DNA of 42,497 nucleotides from an uncultured Polyangiaceae bacterium (GTDB lineage Bacteria; Myxococcota_A; Polyangia; Polyangiales; Polyangiaceae): NCBI GenBank assembly GCA_964383995.1, contig CAYLJT010000001.1, positions 1 to 42,497 of the forward strand, read 5' to 3'. Shown piece by piece: positions 42,222 to 42,497 of this stretch (position 1 is its first letter; each line of letters starts with the position of its first letter). The notes under the pieces were generated by a model. It saw only the letters and a program-made list of their open reading frames with translations, ran no database searches and was not told where the DNA came from. The position numbers and the translations under genes were made by a program.

Positions 42222-42497
42222 CGCTCGAAGTAGCCGAACTGGAGGGCCTCGACGCGGCCGCCCGCGTCGCCGCCATCGACGCCGCGTACGGCGCCGACGC
42301 CCTGCTCTTGACCAGCATGCAGAAGCCGTCGTGCGTGCTCTTGCACATGATCGGAGCGCAAAAAGCCCGCATCACCGTGGCCTTCGTGGACACCGGCTTC
42401 CATTTTCCGGAGACCCTCGCCCTGCGCGACGAGTACGCGTCCCGTTACGGTCTTACCATCGAGACCTACCACCCCGAGCTGACGCCCGTAGAGCAAG
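42218..42497 (+). CDS. cysH: Phosphoadenosine phosphosulfate (PAPS/APS) reductase family protein, CysH-like; first 93 codons only, continues beyond the window
   Basis: Not in the ORF track because it is edge-truncated. The ATG at 42218 overlaps the upstream TGA (ATGA). Hand translation: MTLEVAELEGLDAAARVAAIDAAYGADALLLTSMQKPSCVLLHMIGAQKARITVAFVDTGFHFPETLALRDEYASRYGLTIETYHPELTPVEQ. It parallels E. coli CysH (...LDAEGRVAWAL...SSSFG...LHLV...ILTDTGYLFPETYRFIDEL...L...Y). Confidence 0.8.
   Translation, partial: MTLEVAELEGLDAAARVAAIDAAYGADALLLTSMQKPSCVLLHMIGAQKARITVAFVDTGFHFPETLALRDEYASRYGLTIETYHPELTPVEQ

Noticed and set aside
1-42497. CRISPR arrays, tRNA/rRNA genes, IS elements and transposases
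   Set aside because: No regularly spaced direct repeats, no cloverleaf-like segments in the few intergenic regions, and no transposase or integrase-like translations were seen.

Overview
High-GC bacterial chromosome segment, probably Myxococcota, judging from one protein with a MYXO-CTERM sorting tail, many lipoproteins and GC-rich third codon positions. All family names below come from reading translated motifs and from memory. No database search was possible.

Bases 1-26369 (minus strand) form one tightly packed operon of about 21 genes. It encodes a phage-tail-like contractile injection system (eCIS/PLTS, related to Afp/PVC). Seven gene junctions are 4-nt ATGA or GTGA start/stop overlaps. 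The gene order mirrors the phage P2 tail modules:
- sheath, tube, post-tube chaperone-like gene, Pro/Ala-rich tape-measure candidate, DUF4255 cap
- an inserted AAA+ ATPase
- tube-like adaptor, LysM, gpD hub, gpV spike, gp25, two baseplate-J paralogues, gpI-like protein
- a 1531-aa beta-helix fibre/spike protein
- a DUF4157 effector that runs off the left edge and is missing from the ORF track

Points worth a second look in this locus:
- a T9G slippery run (T_TTT_TTG in register) at the end of the post-tube gene, resembling the P2 E/E+E' -1 frameshift
- no PAAR gene, with a self-tipped HxH spike followed by an unknown 159-aa gene
- a proline-rich protein in the tape-measure slot
- a cap protein carrying Ig-like extensions
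- a pectate-lyase-type beta-helix protein in place of a fibre

Bases 26.4-42.5 kb carry ordinary or accessory genes:
- a PlsC-type acyltransferase and an ECF sigma factor with a C-terminal extension
- lipoproteins, one of them broken at a T7 tract
- a MYXO-CTERM surface protein and a DUF433 protein
- a GYF-GAF protein paired with a large lipoprotein glycosidase-like enzyme
- a translationally coupled trio of cholesterol-oxidase-like GMC oxidoreductase, membrane DUF362 protein and CysH-like PAPS reductase; the last is edge-truncated and also missing from the track

No rRNA, tRNA, CRISPR array, IS element or integrase was recognised.
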